Source: an uncultured delta proteobacterium (GTDB lineage: Bacteria > Desulfobacterota > Binatia > UBA9968). From it: a DNA stretch of 64,000 bases. Positions within the stretch are counted from its first letter, which is position 1. Each line of letters opens with the position of its first letter. Shown here one piece after another: positions 33,346 through 46,426 of this stretch. Below the pieces are notes generated by a model. It was not told where the DNA came from and did not search any database. It was given only the letters and a program-made list of their open reading frames with translations. Where the stretch lies: the NCBI GenBank assembly GCA_963847445.1, contig CAWJZV010000015.1:32001-96000 (forward strand). The letters run 5' to 3'. Both the position numbers and the translations under genes were made by a program.

Positions 33346-33417
33346 CCCGATCGGGCGCTAATACATCGTCACCGCAAAATTGTCACAAGCAGGGAGTGAA
33401 AGCTGAAGGATAACCCC

Positions 33418-36400
33418 ATGAGTCATTCAGGATTGCCGGAAAAACAAGGTCTCTACGATCCGCGCTTCGAGCATGATGCCTGCGGCGTCGGTTTCGTCGT
33501 AAATATCAAGGGCGAAAAATCGCACGAGATCGTCGAGCAAGCGCTCACGGTATTGGAGAATCTCGATCATCGCGGCGCCTGCGGCTGCGAGGAAAACACC
33601 GGTGACGGCGCCGGCATCCTGATGCAGGTGCCGCACGTTTTTCTCAAAGAGGCCTGCGCCGGATTGGGTTTTCAGCTGCCGGAGCCGGGCGATTACGGCG
33701 TTGGCATGATTTTCTTGCCGGATCACCGCGAACAGCGCCTGCAGTTCGAAAAAATCATCGAGGCGATCGTTAAAGAAGAAGGCCAGCAGTGTCTCGGTTG
33801 GCGCAAGGTGCCGACGGACAATCTTTACCTGGGCGATGGTGCCAAGGCGACCGAACCGTTCGTGCGCCAAGTGTTTATCGGCCGCAGCGCGGATCTCGCG
33901 GATGACCTGGCGTTCGAGCGCAAGTTGTTCGTGATCCGGCGTCGCGCCGAGAATGCGATTCGCTACGCCGGACTGCCCGGCGGCGAATTTTTCTATGTGC
34001 CGAGCCTGTCGAGCCGGACATTGATTTATAAAGGCATGCTGACGTCGCGCCAGGTGTCGACTTTTTATCCCGACCTCAGCGATCCACAGTTCGAGTCGGC
34101 GATCGCGCTGGTGCACTCACGCTTCAGCACCAACACGTTTCCCAGCTGGGGACGGGCGCATCCCTATCGCTATCTGATTCACAACGGCGAGATCAATACC
34201 CTGCGCGGCAATGAGAACTGGATGCATGCGCGCCAGGGCATGTTGGCCTCGGAGATGTTCGGCGACGATCTCACGAAAGTTTTCCCGATCATTCAGGAAG
34301 ATGGCAGCGATTCGACCAAGTTCGACAACTGTCTGGAGTTTCTCGCGCTGAGCGGCCGCTCCTTGCCCCATGCCATGATGATGATGATCCCAGAGCCTTG
34401 GGAGAATCACGAGAGCATGGACGCCAAAAAGCGCGCCTTTTACGATTATCACAGCTGTCTGATGGAACCCTGGGACGGCCCGGCGTCGATCGCCTTTACC
34501 GACGGCACCGTGGTCGGCGCGGTGCTCGATCGCAACGGGCTGCGACCGTCGCGTTACTACGTGACCAAAGACGATCTGGTGATCATGGCGTCGGAAGTGG
34601 GCGTGCTCGACGTGCCGCCGGAGCGCGTGTTGGAAAAGCGCCGGCTGCAGCCGGGCCGGATGTTTCTGGTCGACACCAGCGAGGGGCGCATCATCAGCGA
34701 CGAAGAGATCAAGCAGCAGATGGCTGCGGCGCGAGCCCTATGGCCAGTGGCTCAAGGACAATCTGGTGCGCTTCAACGATTTGCCCGAAGTGAAAGATCA
34801 CGAGCCGCCGGTCGATCACCAGGCGACGCTGCAACGCTTGCAGGCGTTCGGCTACAACTTCGAAGATTTGCGCGTCAATATCGGTCCGATGGCGCAAAAC
34901 AGCATCCAGCCGGTGGGCTCCATGGGCACGGATACGCCGCTGGCGGTTTTGTCGGACAAGCCGCAATTGCTCTATAACTATTTCAAAGAACTGTTCGCCC
35001 AGGTGACCAATCCGCCCATCGATCCGATCCGCGAAGAGTTGATCACCTCGACGACATTGACCATCGGCAGCGAGGGCAATCTCGTCAATCCTGGACCGCA
35101 GAGCTGCCGGCAGCTGCGCTTGCCCGAACCGATTCTAAAAAATGCCGATCTGGAAAAACTCCGCCAGATCAGTTTGCCTGGCATCAAATCCGTGACCCTG
35201 CCGATCTTGTTCAATGCCAAGCGAGGGCAAGGCGGGCTTGGAGCGCGCGCTCGAAGATCTATTCAAAGCGGCCGATGCGGCGATTGTCGGTGGCGCGACG
35301 ATTGTGATTTTGTCCGACAAGGGCGTCGATCGCGCCCATGCGCCGATCCCGGCGCTGCTTGCCACGGCTGGCTTGCATCATCATCTGATCCGCGCCGGCA
35401 CGCGCACCCGCGTCGGCTTGGTGCTGGAGTCCGGCGAGCCGCGCGAAGTGCATCATTTCTGTTTGCTGATCGGTTACGGCGCTCAAGCGATCAATCCCTA
35501 TCTGGTCTACGAATGTCTGAACGACATGATTCATCAAGGGCTGCTGCAAAACATCAGCTACCATGACGCCGTCAAGGGTTACGACAAAGCCGTGCTACAA
35601 GGGCGTGGTCAAGGTGATGGCAAAGATGGGCATCTCGACCATCAAGTCCTACTGCGGCGCGCAGATTTTCGAGGCGGTGGGGTTGGGCGCAAGAGCTGGT
35701 GGATAAGTATTTCACCTGGACGCCGTCGCGAATCGGCGGCATCGGTCTCGAAGAAGTGGCGCGCGAAGCGCAGCAGCAGCATGCGCGGGCGTATCCAACT
35801 TATCCGTTGAATGGCCACACGTTGGAAGTCTACGGCCAGTACCAGTACCGCAAGGATGGCGAGCTGCATCTGTTCAACCCGCGGACGATTCATCTGTTGC
35901 AAAAGGCGGCGCGCAGCAACGATTACCGGACGTTCAAAGAATACACCCGGCTGATCGACGATCAGTCGGAGCGGCTCGCGACGCTGCGCGGTCTGATGGC
36001 GTTCAAGTACGTCGACAAACCGATTCCCATCGAGGAAGTCGAGCCGGTGGACGCAATCGTCAAACGGTTCAAGACCGGCGCCATGTCCTACGGTTCGATC
36101 AGCAAAGAGGCCCATGAAGCCTTGGCGATTGCGATGAACCGCATCGGCGGCAAGAGCAATACCGGCGAGGGTGGCGAAGATCCGGCGCGCTACGTGCTTG
36201 AAGGCAATGGCGATTCGAAGAACAGCGCGATCAAGCAAGTGGCTTCCGGCCGCTTCGGGGTCACCAGTTACTATCTCACCCAGGCCAAAGAGTTGCAGAT
36301 CAAGATGGCCCAGGGCGCCAAGCCGGGCGAAGGCGGCGAATTACCGGGGCGAAAAGTTTATCCATGGATCGCCAAAGTGCGCCACTCGACGCCGGGCGTC

Positions 36401-38020
36401 GGTCTGATCTCGCCGCCGCCGCACCATGATATTTATTCCATCGAAGATTTGGCGCAGCTGATTCACGATCTCAAGAACGCCAATCATCATGCGCGCATCA
36501 GCGTCAAGCTGGTTTCTGAAGTGGGCGTCGGCACGATTGCCGCGGGTGTGGCCAAAGGCCATGCCGATGTCGTGTTGATCAGCGGCCATGACGGCGGCAC
36601 CGGCGCTTCGCCGCAGACGAGCATCAAGCACGCCGGTTTGCCGTGGGAACTAGGTTTGGCCGAAACGCACCAAACCCTGGTGCTCAATAATCTGCGCAGC
36701 CGTATCGCCGTGGAAACCGATGGCCAATTGAAAACCGGCCGCGATGTCGTGATCGCCGCATTGCTCGGCGCCGAGGAGTTTGGCTTTGCCACCACGGCGC
36801 TGGTGACATTGGGTTGCATCATGATGCGGGTGTGCCATCTCGATACTTGTCCGGTGGGTGTGGCGACGCAAAATCCCGAGCTGCGCGCCAAGTTCGCCGG
36901 CGATCCTGAGTATGTCGTCAACTTCATGCGCTTCATCGCCCAAGAAATGCGCGAGCATATGGCCGAGCTCGGTTTTCGCACGATCAATGAAATGGTCGGC
37001 CGCGCCGACCGCATCGAGATGCGCCGTGCCGTCGCTCATTTGAAAGCGCAGGGGATGGACTACTCGGCGATACTTTATCAGCCGAAGGTCGGTCCCGAGG
37101 TCGGGCGCTACTGTCAGATCCCGCAGAATCACGGCTTGGAGAACGCGCTGGACAATCAAGTGCTGCTCGATCTCGCGGCGCCGGCCTTGGAGCGCAAGGA
37201 AAAGGTCAAAGCCACGCTCGATATTCGCAACACCAACCGGGTCGTCGGGACGATTCTCGGCAGCGAAGTGACGCGCCGTTACGGTCCCCAGGGTTTGCCC
37301 GAGGACACGATTCATTTTCATTTTCAGGGGTCCGCCGGACAGAGCTTTGGCGCATTTATCCCGCCGGGGGTAACCCTCGAACTGGAGGGCGACGCCAACG
37401 ATTATTTCGGCAAGGGCTTGTCCGGCGGCAAGGTCGTGCTCTATCCGCCGGAGGATTCGACCTTCGCGCCCGAGGAAAACATCATCGTCGGCAACGTCGC
37501 CTTCTACGGTGCGACCAATGGCGAGGCCTACATTCGCGGCATGGCGGGCGAGCGTTTTTGCGTGCGCAACAGCGGCGTGCGCGCCGTGGTCGAAGGCGTC
37601 GGCGACCATGCTTGTGAGTATATGACCGGCGGGCGGCTGGTCGTGATCGGTAAGACCGGCCGCAACTTCGCCGCCGGCATGTCCGGCGGCATCGCCTATG
37701 TCCTCGACGAAGATGGCACGCTCAAAAACCGCTGTAACCTGGAGACGGTGAGTTTAGAACCCCTAGACCAGCGTGACTTGCAAGAAGTAGAAGAGTTGCT
37801 CAAGCGCCACGCGGTCTATACCCATAGCGCGCGGGCGTGGCAGCTCTTGGCGCTGTGGCAGGAGACCGCGCCCAAGTTCGTCAAAGTCATGCCGAAGGAT
37901 TACCGGCGTGTGGTCGAGGCGCTGCAAGCGGCCGAGGCCAAGGGACTGGTGGGTGACGATGCGCTGATGGCGGCGTTCGAAGCCAACAAGAACGATGCGT
38001 CCCGGGTGAGCGGCAACTGA
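33418..38020 (+). CDS. gltB: Glutamate synthase large subunit (about four frameshifts)
   Basis: [71 protein letters not shown] domain, spread over ORFs 33418, 34766, 35214 and 35699. Confidence 0.96.
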
Positions 38021-38218
38021 TCCGCAAGACGCAGACAAAACCCGAAACTTGAAAGCGGCCCCGCGGACCGAAACCAATCCCGATGGACCAAAGCACATCT
38101 TCAATGTTCTAAACGGACCCGTTGCGGATTTCGAATTTTTTCGCCGGCATATCGGTGCGGTAAATTTTTTAAATCGCTCCGGTTAACACTTCTGCTTAGA
38201 GAAAGAGAAGATTGAGAG

Positions 38219-39702
<1,484 letters not shown>

Positions 39703-40009
39703 CTCTTCGGCGGGCTGCGCTGCGCGTGCCCGCCTTCTGGATTCCTTCGGCAATTCTGCACTTCGCTGTTACCAAGATTCGCTATATTGCATGACCTCCA
39801 GAGGCTGCTGTCCCGGTTGTCTCAGGACTGCCCGGTCATGCCGGTTTTGCATGAGCCATTTGTCAGCAGCTGTCAGCCGGCGCTGCGATGATTTAAGGGG
39901 AATCGATGCGACACTCATGATGCTCCATTGCTATTTGTGTCATGGCATCGCGTTGCTCTTGCCACTATGGCGGAGGACTGAGGTCCTACCAATTATCGCT
40001 GATAATCAT

Positions 40010-40110
40010 CTCGTCTGAAAAAGCCAAACTCATCGTGAGGTGAGGGCGGAAAGCCACGGATCAGCAAGGCTTCATACCGAAGCCCGGTCTGACTGCCGAG
40101 CTGCCAAAAG
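40010..40110 (+). ncRNA. Cyclic di-GMP-I (GEMM-I) riboswitch
   Basis: GCCAAA-CUCAUC(GUGA)GGUGAG-GGCGGAAAGCC-ACGGAUC...GACUGCCGAGCUGCC matches the GEMM-I layout (GNRA-capped P2, CG.AAAGCC junction, terminal UGCC), located in the 5' UTR of ATG 40154. Confidence 0.8.
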
Positions 40111-40153
40111 CGGGTTTAACGGATTGCCGGGCAGTTCGAAGAGGAGTCAGGCT

Positions 40154-40823
40154 ATGAAACAAAGCAGCACGCAGAATTCAGAATTTTTCGAATACGAAGA
40201 CTTATCCAGCGTGGCGCAAGAAAGGTCCGAAGCTAGCGAGTTTTTGCCATACCATCGCATCCTGCGGATTCTGGGTTCTATGCTTCAGCAAGGAGAGTCT
40301 CGCGGAGTTTGAGATACAGCAGAGTGATGATGTTTATACGATTCGCGGGCAATCTCCACGGCAAGCTTCCGGCTGTTTGTCGCTGTTAGGCAGAATCTTC
40401 GGCGCCGGTAAATCAATGAGAAATGGCGATCTCGCGGTCACGGGTAAGCTGCGTTACTCGGTTCGCGATATCTTGCTTTTCGAGACCGAGGAGCGCGCGC
40501 AGCGCAAAGAGTCCAGCGAAATACCAGATCCCTATGCTCCATCGCAAATTCTTCGTGGCGTCGGCTGCTATCTCGACAAGCGTGAAGGTAGCCGGCTAGT
40601 CAGTGTAAAAGTGAAAAATCGCTGGGTGACGATCGATTATCTTGCTAGAGACGGCCGCGTGGAAAAGATCTATCAGGATTTCGATTACTTTTACGATTAC
40701 GGGGTGAAGATGTATATGCAGCGCAGCAACCGGTCTAAGTTGCCACCTCCGAGCGATCCGACGCTTTTCGTGACCTGGGAAGCCCGGCAACAGCGACATA
40801 AGTTGTCCCGGAATCCTGTTTAA
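40154..40823 (+). CDS. Hypothetical protein with internal duplication (one extra base near 40304)
   Basis: RBS GAGGAG; removing one G joins MKQSSTQ...GESR to EFEIQQSDDVYTIRG and in frame to ORF 40377-40823. Confidence 0.7.
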
Positions 40824-41062
40824 CGGCGGAAAATAGGCGAGCCCAATGCCAGGCGTCGCTTGGTTGAGCTGCCATTCTGCAGTCCCGCTGCCGCGTTTCC
40901 AAATAGTTTTTGCAGTCTGCCGCGCGAATTGCGACGCACGCATCCGTCGCTGCGATCAATGATGGCTTCGCCTCTCCGACAATTGACAAGAGAAAATCGC
41001 AATTGTTATGGTCGCGTTGCGTCATTGTTCGGCAGCGACAGGCGTATCGGAAAGGAGTCTGA

Positions 41063-41918
41063 ATGGCGCCTGAGAAAACATTGGAGTGGCCTAATGGTGC
41101 GCGTCGTTGCCTTCGTTCTCGGCATCGCCTTCGAGGCCTGGGATAAAAACAAACCGACCCAAGGCGCAGCGTTGCAATCGCCGCTGCCTAAAGACGCTTT
41201 GTGGAAACGGGACTGGTCGACGGAGACCTTTCGCGAGTTCGGCGCCAAAGTCGGACTCAAGCGTTTGCTCGACATCTGCGATCGCTATGATGTGAAGACC
41301 AGCGTGCAGGTGAACGGCTTGACCTGTGTGTATTATCCAGAGCTGGTCAAGGATTGTTACGACCGCGGCCACGAGCTAGTCGCCCATGGCTGGGATCAAG
41401 GCGAGCGGCTCTATATGCTGACCCGCGAGCAGGAGCGCGAGAATATTCTCAAGACCATCGACGCCATCGTCAAAGTTACCGGCGAGAGACCCAAGGGCTG
41501 GTCGTCGCCGGGCGTGCGCCCGACCGATAACACGGTGGAACTGCTCGCCGAAACTGGTTTAGAATTTCATTGCGATTTTCACGACGACGAGATGCCCTAT
41601 CCGATCTGGGTCGGCGATAAGCTGATCATCGAGTTTCCCCATCAGTACACGATTAACGATCATCGCATGCAGGAAGAGGGCACGCGCCAAGAGTTCTTCG
41701 AAAAATTCACCGACGAGTTCGACTACCGCTACCGCATCGGCGACAAGAATCCGACCATGATGAACGTCATCACCCACGCCTATCTGATCTCGCGGATTCC
41801 CTTCATCGATACATTCGAAAAAATCATCGGTTACGCGAAGAATCACAAGGACGTTTGGTTCGCTCGGCGCGGCGATGTCGCGGCGTGGGCGAGGAAGCAT
41901 GTGTTGGCGAATAGGTAG
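41063..41918 (+). CDS. Polysaccharide deacetylase family protein (PuuE allantoinase-like), frameshift near 41104
   Basis: RBS AAGGAG; MAPEKTLEWPNGAR, EFGAKVGLKRLL, GHELVAHG, PKGWSSPG, DDEMPY, DVWFA. Confidence 0.82.
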
Positions 41919-41969
41919 AGTTTTAACGATTCCGTTTTAGAGCGAGCTAACGCGGTCCCTCGACTTTTC

Positions 41970-42006
41970 GTTCCAATCGTTCAAACTGTTCAAACCGTTC
42001 AAATCG
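41970..42006. repeat. Four tandem 9-mers (GTTCAANNC type) between convergent genes
   Basis: GTTCCAATC GTTCAAACT GTTCAAACC GTTCAAATC. Confidence 0.75.
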
Positions 42007-42070
42007 TCAGGGAGGCGGAGACGCCGAGCCGAGAGGGATTGCTGCCGTCGCGGCTCGGTCGTATCCTGAG

Positions 42071-43039
42071 CTACTTAATCCAAAGCGCGTTGAGGTCGCC
42101 GATGTTCGGCAGCAGGCCTAAGCCGATGCCGGACTGGAGGATCTTGTTCTGCGACTGAAAGAAGCCGTCGCCCCATTTGTCAGCGAAGTTTTCCTTGTTG
42201 ACCCTCATGCCGGCGCTGACCTCTTCGGCGCTGCTTAGATTGAAAAACTCCTTAGCTTTAGACTTGAAGAACTCATCGTCCTGTCCTTTTTTAATCATTT
42301 GCACGGCGTCGATGTAGGCGCCGCGCAGGGCTTTGACCAGCTGGGGCTGTTTCTCGATGGTCTCTTTGAGCATGCCGACGGTGGATTTGAGCGGCGGCGC
42401 GCCGAAGATTTGTTCCAGGGCGATATCGAAGTCGACCAAGACGCGGTAGCGGCCGGAGATGACCATGCGCGTGACGTGAGGTTCGAACATGTTGATCGCC
42501 TCGACATCGCCGCGTTCGAGTAGAGCAATCAGCGCGCCGGTCTCCGCCGGAATGTGCTGAAAGTCTTTTTCGAGATCGAGCTTATGTTCCTTGGCGATGA
42601 CGGCGGCGAAAAAGAACGCGCCGGTGACGCGGGCGAAGTTGCCGATCTTTTTGCCCTTGAGATCGGCGAAGGACTTGTAGGGCGAGTCTTTCTTCACCAC
42701 CCAAGAGTTGCCGGACCAGATTTGCGGCGTGATCAAGCGAATGTCGGTGCCGCTCTTGACCAAGTTGACCGCGGTGCTCGGCTGCATGGCGCTGGCGACG
42801 GCGCGGCCGAGTTTGACCGCGTTGGCCGCTTCGGTAAAGTCCATCATCATGTTGGTGATCTTGATGCCGTACTTGACGTCGAGCCCTTTGTTCTCGATCA
42901 GCGCGGCGACGTAGCCGGACTGGCCCGACGCGCTGGTGGCGACGTTGATCGGCTGTATCGCTGGCCGGCGGGGGCTTCGGTTCTAGGTGGCGAGCGTCAT
43001 CCAAGCGGTCGCGATTAAGACGAAAAATTTATTTTTCAT
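42071..43039 (-). CDS. NitT/TauT-family ABC substrate-binding protein (frameshifted near the 5' end)
   Basis: SPYKSFADLKGKKIG, ALLERGDVEA; MKNKFF start overlaps the ATPase stop. Confidence 0.82.
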
Positions 43040-43797
43040 GATTCTTCCTCCTCTTTGAGAGTCACTTTGGTTTCGAGTTCGGCGGCGAAGCCATAAAGCT
43101 CCGGGCCCCATTGGCGCGGCGTCGCTAACGGATTGGTCACGTAGGCGTCCAAGCGCGCCGGCCGGCGCGTGAGCGTGACGACGTAGTCGCTCATGTAAGC
43201 GGCTTCGGCGAGATTGTGGGTGACGAATAATACGGTGCGGTGCAGCTGCTCGCAGAGCCGTCGGGTGGTTTGACGCAACTGGCGCGCGGTCAATTCATCG
43301 ACGCTGGCAAACGGCTCGTCCATCAATACCAGATCGGATTCGATGGCCAAGGCGCGCGCCAGACCGACGCGCTGGCGCTGGCCGCCGGAAAGATAGAGCG
43401 GAAATTGATTGATATATTCGTCGAGCCCGACCAGTGCCAAATAGTGACGAACCCGCTTCTCCGATTCGGCTTCATCGACGCCGGCGCCTTTCAATGCCAG
43501 CCGGAGATTGTCGCCGATGGTTTTCCACGGCAGCAGGCGCGGGCTTTGAAATACGTAGCCGATCAGCGGCCGCTCTTGGGTCTTGCCGTTGTTAATAAAT
43601 TTTAGCTCGCCGCGGTCGAGCCGTTCCAAGCCGACGATGGAATTGAGCAAGGTAGACTTGCCGCAGCCGGAAGGCCCGATCAAAACCGTGACCGAACCCT
43701 CTTTAGCTTGGAAGGACAAACGGTCGATGACTTTGAAGGGTTGGCCGTCTTCGCGGCGAAACCACTTTTCAATATCTTGGACGACCAGTTCCGCCAT
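43036..43797 (-). CDS. NitT/TauT-family ABC ATP-binding protein
   Basis: GPSGCGKST, VFQSPRLLPW, LSGGQRQR, LMDEPF, VTHN. Confidence 0.93.
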   Translation of the reverse strand: MAELVVQDIEKWFRREDGQPFKVIDRLSFQAKEGSVTVLIGPSGCGKSTLLNSIVGLERLDRGELKFINNGKTQERPLIGYVFQSPRLLPWKTIGDNLRLALKGAGVDEAESEKRVRHYLALVGLDEYINQFPLYLSGGQRQRVGLARALAIESDLVLMDEPFASVDELTARQLRQTTRRLCEQLHRTVLFVTHNLAEAAYMSDYVVTLTRRPARLDAYVTNPLATPRQWGPELYGFAAELETKVTLKEEEES

Positions 43798-44662
43798 CTA
43801 GCGTCTCCACACGTCGATCTTCGGCCGCCAGGCGGTCAGCCGGCGCTCAGCGAGATTGATGATGCCGTATTCGATGACGATCATGGCGACGACGAAGGTC
43901 AGCGTCCAGGCGATGACGCCTTCCATGTTGAAGACCTGATAGGACTTCATGACTTGATAGCCGACGCCGTTGCTAGTGCCGAACATTTCGACGACGACGA
44001 CGACTTTCCAGGCGAGCCCCAGGCCGTAACGGGTGGCGGCGAAGATATTCGACACCAACTGCGGCAGGATCACCTGGGTGATTTTCATCGACTTGGTGAA
44101 ATGAAAGACATGGCTCATGTCCATCAGTTCTTTGTCGAGGGATTTCACCCCGGCCCAAATATTGATCACCAGCATGGGAAAGGTCGTCACCGCCACGGCG
44201 AAATAGGAAGCGAATTCATTGATGCCGAACAACATGACGGCGATGAGCGCCCACATGAGCCCTGGAATCGTCAGCCCCAAGACGACCAGCGGCTGAAAAA
44301 AGTGCTCGCCCATGCGCACCGTGCCCATGTAGATGCCGACGGCGACGCTAAAAATCATCGCCACCGTGGCGCCGACGAAGACGCGGCGCAGGCTCTGGTA
44401 CATGTGGAAGAAAAAGGAACCGTCGGTGATGAGCCGGATCGCTTCGTTCAGCGTGCTCATGGGGCTCGGCAGCAGGCGCGGATAGATCAGATAGAGCAGC
44501 CACCAGATTCCCAGGACACTGCTGACGGCCAACAACGGTGGTAGATATTCTGCCGAGCAAATCACGTCCCGCCGAGTTGCCGAAAGTCGGGATGGTTTCG
44601 GCTCCGGCGATACCGGCTGCTTGGCCGGAGATCGCTGCTTGATTGTTCGGGTCGAAGGCCAT
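43798..44662 (-). CDS. NitT/TauT-family ABC permease (start uncertain, probable frameshift near 44550)
   Basis: LLPSP, SLRRVFVG, ELMDMSHVF, VILP, AWKVVVVVEM. Confidence 0.88.
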
Positions 44663-44813
44663 CGACAGCATTTGTGCTATAGACCGCGGACCCTGTCAAA
44701 CGTCGTCGCAGAAACCTGGATTTCGGCACCGCAAGGGATGACAGAAAAAGACAACCGAGAGAATTTTACCTATGGTGCTCAGACACGGATACGCTTCCGT
44801 AGGTAGATAGGCG

Positions 44814-45320
44814 CTATCGGGTATTCTGCTGCCGCAACCTGTCCAAATCATGCTGCATCTGATTGCGTTGGATCTGCTCCTGCAATGAGCGGATTTGTTG
44901 TTGGCGCTGCAAGTCGTTGATCTGCTGCTGCTGGCGCAGCGGATCTTTCTCTTGTTCGATGCGGCGCAGCTGTTGGTCGGTTTGCAGGCGTTGGAGTTGC
45001 TGGTCGTTTTTTAGTTGATCGAGTTGTTGTTGGGTTTGAGTTGTTTGGGGTTTCTGGGCGTCCGCTGGGTCGGTCTTTTGCTGTTTGATTTGATCTAACT
45101 GCTGTTGCGACTGGCTGCTCTGTTGATCCCGTTTGAGTTGTTCGATTTGCTCCTTGGCTCTCAGCTCTTTGGTCTGTTGTTCCTGGCGCGTCTTGCTTGT
45201 CTCTTGCAAGATTTCTTGCACCGGATCGGCCGCGGCCTGAAGATTTCCAGCCTCAGTCACAAGCAAGGCTAATAAAGAAAGCACCGACAGCTTCGTCGTC
45301 ATATGGTTCAATGTTGGCAA
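44814..45320 (-). CDS. Secreted glutamine-rich coiled-coil hypothetical protein
   Basis: Signal-like LSVLSLLALLV; repeated QQQLDQ(I/L)K motifs. Confidence 0.65.
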   Translation of the reverse strand: MPTLNHMTTKLSVLSLLALLVTEAGNLQAAADPVQEILQETSKTRQEQQTKELRAKEQIEQLKRDQQSSQSQQQLDQIKQQKTDPADAQKPQTTQTQQQLDQLKNDQQLQRLQTDQQLRRIEQEKDPLRQQQQINDLQRQQQIRSLQEQIQRNQMQHDLDRLRQQNTR

Positions 45321-45356
45321 CCTAAAGCGGTCATTGCAAGTGCTGCGTGGTTGGGG

Positions 45357-46310
45357 TTAGCGCGCGCCCGGCAGCATGGAAAAGTCCACCAGCTTTTCCG
45401 GGTCGAGGTCATCGGCTACTGGCCGTTCCTCGCGCAGGAGATTTAGGTAGCCGCGGATTTTCTTCATGTTGATGGCGCCATCGGGGGAGAGGATCGCGAC
45501 CATGGTGTCGTAGGAACGTTCGGCTTCGCCGCTGCTGATCTGGTAGCGCGCCGCGATCATTTTGACCGCTTCGCTGCGGTTGCTCTTCTGCCATTCGATG
45601 GCGTTCATGACCGCGGCGATGGTGCGGCGGATGCGCTCGCGGTTGGCGCGGATCTCTGCTTGCGATGTGAACAGCCCTACATAGGGAATATCGGCCAGGT
45701 CGCCTAAGAAAAGAAACTTCTTGTAGCCCAGGGAAACCGCTTTCTCGTCGAAGGGCGGACTCAATACCGCGCCGGCGACCTGATTGGTCGTCAGAGTCGC
45801 GAAGCTGTTCGAGGTGCCGCCGGTGGTGACCAGGTTAACTTGTTTCTCTTCCAAGCCGAGTTTGCGCAGTCCGGCGCGGGCGAAGTAGTAGGGCGAGGAG
45901 CGAATGTCCGAGATGGCGAGGCGCTTGCCGCTGAGGTCGTGGGGCCTGTTGATGTCTTTAGTCGTCACCAGTACCCATGGGGTGTCGCGATAGAGCGACA
46001 GCACGACGACTAACGGCAAGCCGGCCACCGCGGCATTGATCGCGGATTGCGGTGAAGTGAAGAATTGGATGTTGCCGTTGAGGATCGCCTGTGGGCCTAG
46101 CGCGCTGCGCATCTGGATGTATTCGACGTCGAGCCCGGCTTTGCTGTAGAAGCCTTTTTCTTTGGCGATGTCGAAGGGCAGGGTCGAAACGGCCGAGGAT
46201 GGATAGCCGATGCGCACCTTATTCGAGGGGTCAGCGGCGACGGTCTGTTCGGAAATAGTCACGCTGCCAATCATTACGACCATCAGTAATAAGCGGCTAG
46301 CCTGTACCAT
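45357..46310 (-). CDS. NitT/TauT-family ABC substrate-binding protein
   Basis: VRIGYP, PFDIAKEKGFYSKAGLDVE, LSPPF. Confidence 0.87.
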   Translation of the reverse strand: MVQASRLLLMVVMIGSVTISEQTVAADPSNKVRIGYPSSAVSTLPFDIAKEKGFYSKAGLDVEYIQMRSALGPQAILNGNIQFFTSPQSAINAAVAGLPLVVVLSLYRDTPWVLVTTKDINRPHDLSGKRLAISDIRSSPYYFARAGLRKLGLEEKQVNLVTTGGTSNSFATLTTNQVAGAVLSPPFDEKAVSLGYKKFLFLGDLADIPYVGLFTSQAEIRANRERIRRTIAAVMNAIEWQKSNRSEAVKMIAARYQISSGEAERSYDTMVAILSPDGAINMKKIRGYLNLLREERPVADDLDPEKLVDFSMLPGAR

Positions 46311-46322
46311 CTGCGTTCCGAT

Positions 46323-46381
46323 GTAGGGGCAACCCCCTGTGGTTGCCCGTCCGGAGGGCAGGCACGGGGGCCTGCCCCTAC
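46323..46381. repeat. GTAG-family REP doublet (BIME-like)
   Basis: GTAGGGGCAACCCCCTGTGGTTGCCC ... GGGCAGGCACGGGGGCCTGCCCCTAC: two inverted palindromes with GTAG heads. Confidence 0.8.
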
Positions 46382-46426
46382 AAAAATCGGATGCGTGTAA
46401 TGTTCTGACAATTTGACCATGTTCCT

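Noticed and set aside
39943-39957. Sigma-54-like TGGCATCGCGTTGC upstream of the riboswitch
   Set aside because: GG-to-GC spacing is 9 nt, not the required 10; only an indel error would rescue it
40310-40312. TGA ending ORF 40040-40312 as a second Sec codon
   Set aside because: The downstream coding sequence is in another frame, and there is no Cys-type motif or SECIS; a one-base insertion explains it
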